A stretch of 64,000 bases of DNA from positions 62,001 through 126,000 of the forward strand of contig NIVC01001799.1 of assembly GCA_002269645.1 (NCBI GenBank), given 5' to 3'. This DNA comes from Macrostomum lignano. Its lineage: Eukaryota. The translations under genes were made by a program, and so were the position numbers. Shown in pieces: positions 27,301-37,653 of the stretch. The notes beneath the pieces were generated by a model that saw only the letters and a list, made by a program, of their open reading frames with translations, ran no database searches and was not told the origin of the DNA. The number at the start of each line of letters is the position of its first letter. The first letter of the stretch is position 1.

Positions 27301-28196
27301 AGGGAGATCCTCGCTGGAGTCCGGTAAGTTGGCTTCGGTCAGGAGTTTTAGCAGGTCTCTTCGAAAACCTGTCCAGTCGGCCTTTTTCAAATTAAGGCGG
27401 TCCCGGTTCTCATGACGGGCTCCGACGGAGCTGATGCTGTACTGAATGTACGAGTGGTCGGAAAGCGATGGGAGGTCATCCCTAACCAGCCAGCTGTGGA
27501 CCTGATTGAGGGCGTTGTTGGAGACGAGAGTGAGGTCGATAACCTCACGCCGATTAGAGACAATAAATGTGGGTTTGCTGCCTCTGTTGCAAATGTGTAA
27601 CGAGGAGGAGTTAATGAAATCAATTAGTAAGTCACCGCGCCTGTTAGTATCGCTACTAGACCAGGCAGTGTTGTGGGCGTTAGCATCGCAGCTAACGATA
27701 AGCTTCCGATCCTGGAGATTACAGAAGTCCGCCAGCTCCTGCAGGAGGGGGGGAGGGACGTCCTCCTGAATGTCCAGGTAAGCGGAAACGAAGGTCAAGT
27801 CAAAGACTGAGAAAGTACACATGTCTTTAGAGCAAAACATTGGCATAATAGTGGCCGGGAGGTCGTTTTTGACGAGGGCGATAGCTCTGGGGGTGTCGTT
27901 CGCGCAGAGGTACAGAACCTGATAGCCTGGCGGCAGGCAGGTCGGCTTCCCCTTGCGGGTATACGGTTCCTGAATAAGGTAGATGTCAACTTCCTTGTTG
28001 GCAAAGGTGCCTGAAAGGTTGCTAGATGCTGCAAGGGCGTGGTGCAGGTTGATCTGAATAATGTGCAGGTTAACAGGTTGGTTCGCCGGCGGCGGATTAT
28101 TTATTTGGTTGCTGGTGGCAGTGTCATCATTGGGCTGGCCGTTAAGGTTCGCCCTCAGCGCCCCGCTCCTAGTTTGGCACGGGGTTGGGAACGGCA

Positions 28197-28197
<1 letters not shown>
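24380..28197 (-). CDS. LINE ORF2: AP endonuclease - reverse transcriptase - RNase H - CCHC finger; one 1-bp deletion near 26570
   Basis: APE motifs ([31 protein letters not shown]), RT motifs (FRP[I][31 protein letters not shown]), RNase H ([31 protein letters not shown]), [15 protein letters not shown]. Adding one base at 26570-26571 gives 1273 codons. Confidence 0.93.
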
Positions 28198-29257
<1,060 letters not shown>

Positions 29258-30113
29258 TTATCCCAGGATTGCTCCCAGGCGAGGCTCCGGCAGGCCCCCG
29301 GTCCACACTCTGCAAGATCAGGGGGCGGGAGGCCGGCTGCGGGCTTGGGACACAGGCGCCAGGTCGAGTTGACAGCCGACGCCCGAGCCCTCCCCCACAA
29401 GAGCGGCCCTCGAGAACCCGTGTGGTACCAGTTGCAACTAAGGGCTGTCGATGGGTAGTTGGCGCTTAGCCAGCAGCCAACTACTTAGCAGCCACCTGCC
29501 CCGCAAAAAAGCAGCAGGGGGGATCCGTCCCCCACCAGCAGACCAAGACGAGGAAGCTAGCCGCTTCCACGCCAGGCCAGAACGAAAAGGAGGGGGAAGA
29601 GCCTCCTCGAAAAACGAAAAGCTGGCGGATGTCACAGAGTCCCTCGGTTTAAGTTGCCGTTTGCCCCCCTAGTGACAGTATAGTGAGACTATTAATTTAG
29701 AGGGTAGAACTTTCCCCTTAAACAACTTTGGTGGCATCAAAGAGATTAAATTAAAGGCAGCTGCAAAAATTCTAGTATCAGCAGTTAAGGATTATTAAAG
29801 ACAGGGGAAACAGTCCCGTCACACGACCTAGTTGTAAATGTACATGCAGATAGCCAAAGACGTGTTATTATAAGGGTATTGCGGTGTTTCCGGAAATTCT
29901 TTGTCTCTTTTTGTTTCTTTGTCTGCTGATATCGTGGATTCTCAAGCGTCGAAGTGAGAGTTTCAGATCAGGCTAATCGGGTGATGAATTAAGTTCCACT
30001 TACATAGATAGCTTACATGTATATTTTAATAATTTCGGAAATTTCCCTCTCGTCCTTGAGTCTTTCTGGTGCAGTCCACATGCCGTGCTTCATTTGTACA
30101 CTTACGCCAGGGG

Positions 30114-30475
30114 TTTTTTTTAGAGGCAGGGGGGTTGTGTGCACCCTGGCGCACTTTAAGCGACATAGGCACACAACCGGCGAGAGGCATTACTGCCCAT
30201 TCCGCCGACTCCCCTGAGCAGGCATACAAGCGCGCGGATACGTACGCAGGCACACACTCACACAGGAGTTTACAGCGGCCCTAATTTTATTTTATCGTTA
30301 GGCATGTACACTTCACTGCGCCTTGGGGGGTTGGCTCTCAAGGCCGTTAATTGCACGAGCAGAGCCAAGCCGAGATTCCAATTCAGCCCCAAATTAATGT
30401 GACTGCACTTGGAATCGAGCCTGGGTCGCTGGCACACCAGAGCAGCTGCGCTACCGCTGAGCTACGCCCCCCCCC
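30114..30475 (-). mobile_element. tRNA-derived SINE, ~360 bp, with poly(A) tail and 13-14-bp TSD
   Basis: Minus strand: G-run, A box TAGCTCAGCGG (30464-30454), B-box variant GGCTCGATTCC (30421-30411), A8 tail (T run at 30114-30121). CTTACGCCAGGGG at 30101-30113 and 30476-30488. Confidence 0.85.
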
Positions 30476-30985
30476 CTTACGCCAGGGGTGCTCAAATATG
30501 TTTCCAAACAAGTACTCGTAATTGAAGAATTGCTCTAGAGTCACACCTAAAATTCGCGTATGCACGAGAAGCATGATGCATACAAAGGGGGGGTTGTGTG
30601 TTACGATAATATATTTTAATTGCATATGCAATACTGTGTATCGCAAGATGAAGAACCGTGAAAATTAATATGAAATATACTATACAAGCAGAGCACAACA
30701 TTAAGAAAAAATGTCGTCGATTAATGCACACGCTATGGTATACATGTACATGTAACACGTCTGCCGAATATACCTAATGTACACCGTGGTTTTATAGTAT
30801 TATGCGTATTTAGTCGTAGATAAGTAATACATCCAAAATGACTTTGACTATTTCTCGATAGCCAAATTTCTAGAATACAGTAATAATACGCTGTAAACAC
30901 ATTTCATTTGAAATGCAATAACTGCTAGAATGACCGGCTGGAACTTTGCGATTGCAATTACAGCAGCTTTTCCTGCTCTGTGCGC

Positions 30986-33283
30986 TTACTTTGCTGTTGT
31001 CTTGGCGGCGCTACAGCTAGTGGACGTCCAGCCGCCGCAGTAGAGAGGAGTGAAACGGTTCCTGCCGGTGGAAGCTGTCAAATCGACTGGCGACGACGTC
31101 TTCTGCCAGCACGGCATCTGGGCTTTCCGTCGGCCGTTGTAGTCGTCGCTGAACTGTTTTTTCTTGTGCATTCGACGTTCTGAATTTGTGGAATGCTGTG
31201 GCCGATGCTGGCACTGTTCTTTGCCTGGCCGTACGATGCTAGAATTGCACTGCATTTCGACAGCTTGCTGCTGCAGTAGGGAATTCGGATGGTTTAATTC
31301 GATAATCTTCTCGGGTTCTTGCAAACTTTGCCGCGCAATTTCACCATTGTTGGTATTTTGCAGAGTCACCTGAAGTAGCTGACTTTGCTGAGTCTGATGC
31401 ATATTCTGCTCAAGAAATGGACTCCATTGAGTTGGATATTCGTTCTGTTGAAGCATCGGACTCTGTTGAGTTGGATATTCGTTCTGTTGAAGCACTGGAC
31501 TCCGTTGAGTTGGATATTCGTTCTGTTGAACCATCGGACTCTGTTGAGTTGGATATCCATTCTGTTGAAGCACTGGACTCCGTTGAGTTGGATATTCGTT
31601 CTGTTGAACCATCGGACTCTGTTGAGTTGGATATCCATTCTGTTGAAGCACTGGACTCCGTTGAGTTGGATATTCGTTCTGTTGAACCATCGGACTCTGT
31701 TGAGTTGGATATCCGTTCTGTTGAAGAACCAGATTCTGCTGAGTTGGGTGTCCGTTCTGTTGAAACATAGGACTTTTCTGCTTCTGTTGAACAGTTTGTT
31801 GAAGAATTTGACTTTGTTTAGGGTGTTGCAGGTTTTGCTGAAGCACACATGTATGACTCTGTTCGGGTTGCAAGCTTTCCTGATAGACCTGACTCTTCTC
31901 GGGCTGTTGCTGAATTTGGTTATTCAAGTGACCTTGATAGAGCCTTTGTAGATTGGCCTGATGTGTTTGAACTTGCAGAAGTGGCTGAAGATTGCTGTTC
32001 TGAAGTGTGAGATTTGGCTGAAGCAGTTCATTTTGCTGGGGTTGAGCATACACAGATTTCTGAATCATTCGACCCTGCTGTTGCTGCTGCAGATTCTCCT
32101 GAAGCAGTTGGATTTGCCTTTGTTGTTGCAAATACTTCTGAAGCAGCTCAATCTGCTGCCTTTGCTCCAGATTCCTTTGATGAAGCTGGCTCTGTTGGAG
32201 TCGTTGCAGGTTCTTCTGAAGCAACTTGATTTCCTTTTTTTGCTGCAGATTATTTTGATGCAACTGGCTCTGCTGCAATTGTTTCAAATGCTTTTCAAGC
32301 TGACTCTGTTGCTTTTGCTGCAGATTCCTCTGTTGTAACTGGCTCTGCTGAAGCTGTTGCATATTTTTCTGAAGCAGCTGGATCTGCTTTTGATGCTGCA
32401 AAATCTTCAGGTGCAACTTGCTCTCTTGTTCGTACTGCAAATTCAAGTTATTTTTAACAAACTGGATCTCCTTTTGTTGCCGACTTTTCTTCCTTGATTG
32501 GTTTTGTTGAAGTTGTTGCAAAACTTTCTGATTTAGCTCCAGCCGCTGCAGTTTTTCCAGATACTTCTTCCGTTTATCTCTAATAAGCAACGCTTCATTT
32601 CGATTTTGCTCCGTTGGAACTGATGAATTTGTTGGCTCCGATGAGCGCCGCGGGATAACGTAGGTCGCGCTGTCCAGAACTCGACGGCTGACGCAGAAAT
32701 CGTTGTCGCTTGCCTCGCACGAACTCGAATCTTCGTTGTCGCTAATTCCCCATACGTTGCTTTGGTTTAGTTCATCAATATTATCATTAAATATGCCTTC
32801 AAAGCCCCAATCAAACAGCTGCCCATCGGTGTCGGCCTTGAGCTTGCGCTCAATCTTACTGATGGTGCTCATTCGGAAACTTTCACCACCACCGCCGCCT
32901 TCGCCGCCTTCGCCACCTTCGCCACCTCCACCATCAATGTTAGTCATTTTGATACTTTCGCCACTGCGGCCGCCATCAACGCCACCGCCGTCGCCTCCAT
33001 CGATGTCATTGACAAGGGGAGTATCTTCGCCACTCTCAACAGGTTCTTCCTCGCCACCATCGTCACCACCATAGACCTCGATGTAGCCATCGCCACCCGG
33101 GTCGGCTTCGTGAACTGCTCCGATGCCCCGATCGCAGATGATTTTCCACAGCTCTCTGCGGTATTGCAGCTTGCATTCGTTGATTTGGGATCGCAATGGC
33201 TCCAGGTCGATGCCAAGGTCTATGACTGAACCGAGCACGGCCGGTGTGGGCGCGCAGAAAGTCGTGTCGTTTTCGTCAGGCAT
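30986..33283 (-). CDS. Gln-rich low-complexity protein A (unknown family; paralog of 34592-35926); ORF open from 33313
   Basis: Uninterrupted 2.3-kb ORF. Met 33283 has the same spacing to the conserved FCxP motif as the paralog's Met. Gly/acidic linker, Gln-rich coiled segment, 13-aa repeats. Confidence 0.75.
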   Translation of the reverse strand: MPDENDTTFCAPTPAVLGSVIDLGIDLEPLRSQINECKLQYRRELWKIICDRGIGAVHEADPGGDGYIEVYGGDDGGEEEPVESGEDTPLVNDIDGGDGGGVDGGRSGESIKMTNIDGGGGEGGEGGEGGGGGESFRMSTISKIERKLKADTDGQLFDWGFEGIFNDNIDELNQSNVWGISDNEDSSSCEASDNDFCVSRRVLDSATYVIPRRSSEPTNSSVPTEQNRNEALLIRDKRKKYLEKLQRLELNQKVLQQLQQNQSRKKSRQQKEIQFVKNNLNLQYEQESKLHLKILQHQKQIQLLQKNMQQLQQSQLQQRNLQQKQQSQLEKHLKQLQQSQLHQNNLQQKKEIKLLQKNLQRLQQSQLHQRNLEQRQQIELLQKYLQQQRQIQLLQENLQQQQQGRMIQKSVYAQPQQNELLQPNLTLQNSNLQPLLQVQTHQANLQRLYQGHLNNQIQQQPEKSQVYQESLQPEQSHTCVLQQNLQHPKQSQILQQTVQQKQKSPMFQQNGHPTQQNLVLQQNGYPTQQSPMVQQNEYPTQRSPVLQQNGYPTQQSPMVQQNEYPTQRSPVLQQNGYPTQQSPMVQQNEYPTQRSPVLQQNEYPTQQSPMLQQNEYPTQWSPFLEQNMHQTQQSQLLQVTLQNTNNGEIARQSLQEPEKIIELNHPNSLLQQQAVEMQCNSSIVRPGKEQCQHRPQHSTNSERRMHKKKQFSDDYNGRRKAQMPCWQKTSSPVDLTASTGRNRFTPLYCGGWTSTSCSAAKTTAK

Positions 33284-33539
33284 CCTTAGACTTCTCTGCG
33301 TAAATCGGTTCATTTTGAGTCCTTGTTCAATTAAAAATCATGGATGCTCCTTAATATCAAAAGATTTTAAATAAAACCTCTTGAAGGATTTTGCATTCGA
33401 TGTGCATTTTAAACTGCCATAGACAGCCAAACTATGGGGACATTAGTAGTAATATCTTGGGTTAAAAATAGCTAATACTCAAGTCGAAGCAGGATACAGT
33501 GGCTCGGTGGAAACGAGCTTTGAACGGGGAATCATGTGC

Positions 33540-34110
33540 CGCTAATTATACTGTAGGGTCCACCTATAAGGGCCGGGCAAGCAGCGGTATGCTCTCGGGC
33601 TTGCAAACGTCGGGGAGAACCGGGTTTGGCCCGAGGTGAGTGAGCCTGAAGACTGGGCAGGGGCAGATAAAGTGCTCATGGTTTTCACTGCCGGCGCGAC
33701 AAAAAGGGGCACCGCTCCTCAGGTACCTGGTCCTAAAGGAAACGGTGGCAAGCAAAGCAGCCATGTCCGGAGAGGGCCACGCGCCATGCTGACTGCTCTA
33801 AGATCCCTGCGGGTTGAGCCAAAGGCGAGCTCTACGCAGGAGGGGGAGGGACAGGGGACGGCAGCGAGGGATTGTCTGCAATTGGGATTTGATCACCGAG
33901 ATGGGGATGGGGCCTCTGGGCCCGGCCTGAGAAGCGCGCTGGCGGAGCTGGCCTTGGCCAGCAGGTCCGGGATCTATTTGAGCTGCACCTCATTGCCCAG
34001 CGCGAGCCCATTGAGCTGGGCGTTATAATCCAGGACAGATTTGGAGCTGGTAGTACTATGGCAGAGAGCCCGAAGGGCTGCTTGGCTGTCGGACTGAAAA
34101 ATAGTATGGG
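33540..34110 (-). mobile_element. Decayed 5'-truncated LINE fragment (RNase H end and CCHC finger)
   Basis: Minus strand reads SDSQAALRAL...NEVQLK*IP[gap]DLLAKA, then VALSGHGCFACHRFL*DQVPEERCPF/CRAGSENHEHFICPCP, with stops and frameshifts; same domain order as the ORF2 C-terminus at 24380-25300. Confidence 0.8.
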
Positions 34111-34591
34111 ACCATATGTACACGCGAGTGCTTTTTAAAGTTTCAGATGCGAATGCAAAGTAAAATCCGTCAATTGTAAAAAATGACGAATACGAGCGTA
34201 CAATACAACCTTTGGCCCAGTTCTACTCTTCTCAATGAATCATATTGTTCTTGCTCATTCTAATAATTCGTTAATGGTATAAACGTAAACAAGTGGACTG
34301 CATTGACAATTATTCATGCCTTGTACTTGAGTATAGGCTGCAGAATACGGGTCAACCTTTCTCATTCGATTGGTACCGAGGAAGGTTATTACACTTCTAT
34401 TGTACAGGCATTTAATTAGACAGCATACGGAGGGGCTTTAAAAATAAAAAATTATTAACATACGTTTAGTTGCGTAGGAGGATATTTAAAACCGACACAA
34501 ACTCGAATTGTTGCGTTGTTCAAAAAAGTAGCCATGAAATATTTGTATGTAGTTAGCCTGGACAGTGTTGAGTAGCTTACTGACGAGTTCG

Positions 34592-35926
34592 TTACCGTTC
34601 CGTACCGGAGTTCTTGTGCCGCTTCTTCTTGGCTATGCACGTGGCAGATTTGTTCCAGTCGCCGCACTTCATTGGAACAAAAGAGTGACTACCTATGTGG
34701 CGCCGCGCCGGTGCACTTCCTGCTTCGCTCTTCAGTGATTCGTCGGCAGCTGTTGTGCTGTGCGGAGAGGAGCAGCTGCTGCTGCTGCTGCTGGATGTGC
34801 TGGACAAGTTGTAGTCATGCAGGTGAGACATTCGCCGGCTCAGGTACGCCAGCCGTGGATTGACTGGATGCGACTGCTGCGTACCTGCTTCGAACGGGTT
34901 TTCTGCATAATACCGCTGCATTGGATAGGCGGACCTGGGCTCTAGATACGACTTCTGCTGAGATAGGAAATCTTGCTGTTGTTGTTGAAGAAGAAAATTA
35001 CTTTGGATATTGACCGGTGGATAGTATTGCCGTTGAATGTGAGGTTTCTGCTTCTCTGCATAAGACTGCGGCTCAAATTGCTGATGCAACTGTTGTGGCT
35101 TGTGTCGCGATTTAGCCGGTCGTGGATGCTTGGAATGGGGCAGACGGTGCAGAGGAGGCTGCACCTGAGCTTCAGGATACAGCAGCTGTTGCGCTTGCAT
35201 TGCGTTTGGAGGACCTGGCGGGGGGATTTTTTGCGGAATAAACTGCTGCTGCTGACCTGCAGCCTGGGGTTGGTAACCGGACTGCTGTTGCGACCGTTGG
35301 TTTGGCCCCTGGTTCCGCAAAATCGTTGCACCTTGTTGCATCATCATCTGCGCCTGTTGAGTCAGAAGCGTCTCAGCCAGAGTTGCTGAGTTTGGTGACG
35401 AAGTCTGCGAATAGGCCAGGACTGGGCTGCTGCACTGTTGGACTCCTTGGCTTTTGCGATTGCGCCATCTGGCGTTGCTGCCGCCTTTGCAAACTGCACC
35501 AGAGTTCGATGCTGAAGTACCAAATCTTCTGCTTCTGGCGTTGCTCTGGTTTTCATCGTCGCCTTCCTCAGCTGGCTGCTCCTCGCCAATGCCACCGCCG
35601 CCGCCAATACCACCACCGCCGCTGCCGCCGCCGTTGCCACCGCCACTGCTGCCGCCACCGCCACTGCTGCCGCCACCGCCACGGACGCCGCCGCCGAGGC
35701 CACCGCCACTGCTGCCGCCGCCGCCGCCATCGCCTCCACCACCGCCGCCACTATCGCTACCCTGAATACCCTGATCGCAGATGATGTTCCACAATTCCTT
35801 GTGGTAGCGCAGCTTGCAAGCTTGAATCCGATCGCGAGCTGGGGCCAGGTCGACGCCAAGGTCGATTATGCTGCCGAACAAACCGAAGGCAGGGGTGCAG
35901 AAGACCGTGTACTTTTTACCGGACAT
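34592..35926 (-). CDS. Gly/Gln-rich low-complexity protein B, 444 aa (unknown family; paralog of 30986-33283)
   Basis: Uninterrupted ATG-TAA ORF; N-terminal 49 aa are ~57% identical to protein A by manual alignment; shared C-terminal FxPxxCGxW motif. Confidence 0.78.
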   Translation of the reverse strand: MSGKKYTVFCTPAFGLFGSIIDLGVDLAPARDRIQACKLRYHKELWNIICDQGIQGSDSGGGGGGDGGGGGSSGGGLGGGVRGGGGSSGGGGSSGGGNGGGSGGGGIGGGGGIGEEQPAEEGDDENQSNARSRRFGTSASNSGAVCKGGSNARWRNRKSQGVQQCSSPVLAYSQTSSPNSATLAETLLTQQAQMMMQQGATILRNQGPNQRSQQQSGYQPQAAGQQQQFIPQKIPPPGPPNAMQAQQLLYPEAQVQPPLHRLPHSKHPRPAKSRHKPQQLHQQFEPQSYAEKQKPHIQRQYYPPVNIQSNFLLQQQQQDFLSQQKSYLEPRSAYPMQRYYAENPFEAGTQQSHPVNPRLAYLSRRMSHLHDYNLSSTSSSSSSSCSSPHSTTAADESLKSEAGSAPARRHIGSHSFVPMKCGDWNKSATCIAKKKRHKNSGTER

Positions 35927-37653
35927 TTTTTACTTATTAATTCCTCTTATGCATGCATGAGAGCTTAAGCCAAGTTATGGCTTTTTGCTTGGGCATGAAG
36001 AAATTGTTCATTTGCCAACGATAGAGAGAATTCTAAAGCAACTGATCTCGTACCATAGAGATGAAAAGGACAAGGAGGTATATGCTCATGTTTGCATAAT
36101 AATTCTATATTGTATTGCATTCATGTACAAGCAAGCCGGTTACGAAGCTTTGTATGTCTTCTCGGTTTATTGATTTATTTATCAATATCAAAATGACATT
36201 TACTAGGTAGCCAGCTTCACAAAAGTTTTGAGGCGAGAGGGCGAAAGCAATGGTGATAAAAGCCTGGCAGAGCCAATCAGCTCCGAGCAAACAGGCTTGA
36301 GCCAGAGCTACTAGCAAGAACAACACGTACAAATACTAGGCTAAGATATGAGACGCAGTATAAAGCACAACAAGCATGTGGTAGAAATTGAAAAAGTGCA
36401 GAACACCGTCCGTTAGGCGCAGGACGCAAAGCTCTAGAGAACGCATAGCGCTGAATGGGGTTTTGCCATAGACAAATTCTGTCGATAAAAATCCGCGCTA
36501 GATAAATCCCATTTCTCGAAAGCATGCTCAATGCACCAGCGATATGATAAATACATGTATATACATGTACATGTGTAACCGACCTTCCCAGCTCATTTCT
36601 AGAAAAATCAACTGCAAGTGTATAGCGTTTTAATTCAAGGTGACCATGGATTTTAGCTTCAGAAGTCCAGATTTGTACACCATACATTTGCATGTCTGTA
36701 GCTGTCGTAAATCTTCCCCAAGCACTCCAAACCGTTACGCCCCGATCGACCTCGCTCTACACTATAATTAAATCCCTTTTGCTAAAAAAATGTGGACCAC
36801 AAATGCCTGCAAGTAGTTTTTGACCTATTCAAAATCCGAGAAGAGACAGAAGCATAAGCGCATATATCCTGAAGTAGTTGCGGCCGGGCGACACGATCAA
36901 GGCTGACTTAAAGTGTCTTTAATAAGTTGTAATGCTGGGCAGAGGATGTAAATGTAGTAAACACGAATTAAAATAATGGACTGACCTCCGGTTAGGCTAC
37001 GTCAATCAGGCGCTCTAGGAGTGTCATCAATTGCAAATTGGAAAAGTGCATAAGAAACAAATATGCAGGATTAGCAACAGAATTAAAGTGCATGTTCATT
37101 AGTAGTGACTTGCATGTTACAATTCTACACACTCGATACGAACGTGATCTTTTTCGGATACTCTGCAGTCAGTTTAAAACTGGACTATGAACACAAGCGT
37201 TAAAAACTTTGAGACTTAATTTAAATCAAATGAATCAAATTACGCAATTGTGGTTAAAGGCTTGGTGGTTAAAGTGCAAGATACGTGTTTATTCCAAAAA
37301 ATAAATTAACGGTTTTTGTAACATAGAAACAAAACTGATATTACTTGTGTAGTTTTTGAGGTAAAGCTTAAATTTGATTCAAACAAGAAGAAATTTTTTA
37401 AAAATACATTTTTAGCCTTGGAATTAAAAACTAATATTAACTAGAGAATTGTACATTTTTGTTTGCTGACACATCACACGATTTTGCTTATGTTCTCTCC
37501 TCAGCATTTGTTTCTCTTGTATATTGACCTCATTACAAGTTGCCTTTCTGTGCATCTGGAGGTTTGATAAGAAGAGTAGTCAGATATCAGTTTCAGTATC
37601 AAATCTGTACGTTCTCTCTCTAATTATCCTAAATTCTGACCAAGAAGTCAGAA

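Noticed and set aside
36105-36332. Signal-peptide-like ORF (YVLFLLVALAQACLLG...)
   Set aside because: Starts at TTG directly after an in-frame stop; no ATG and no supporting exon structure.
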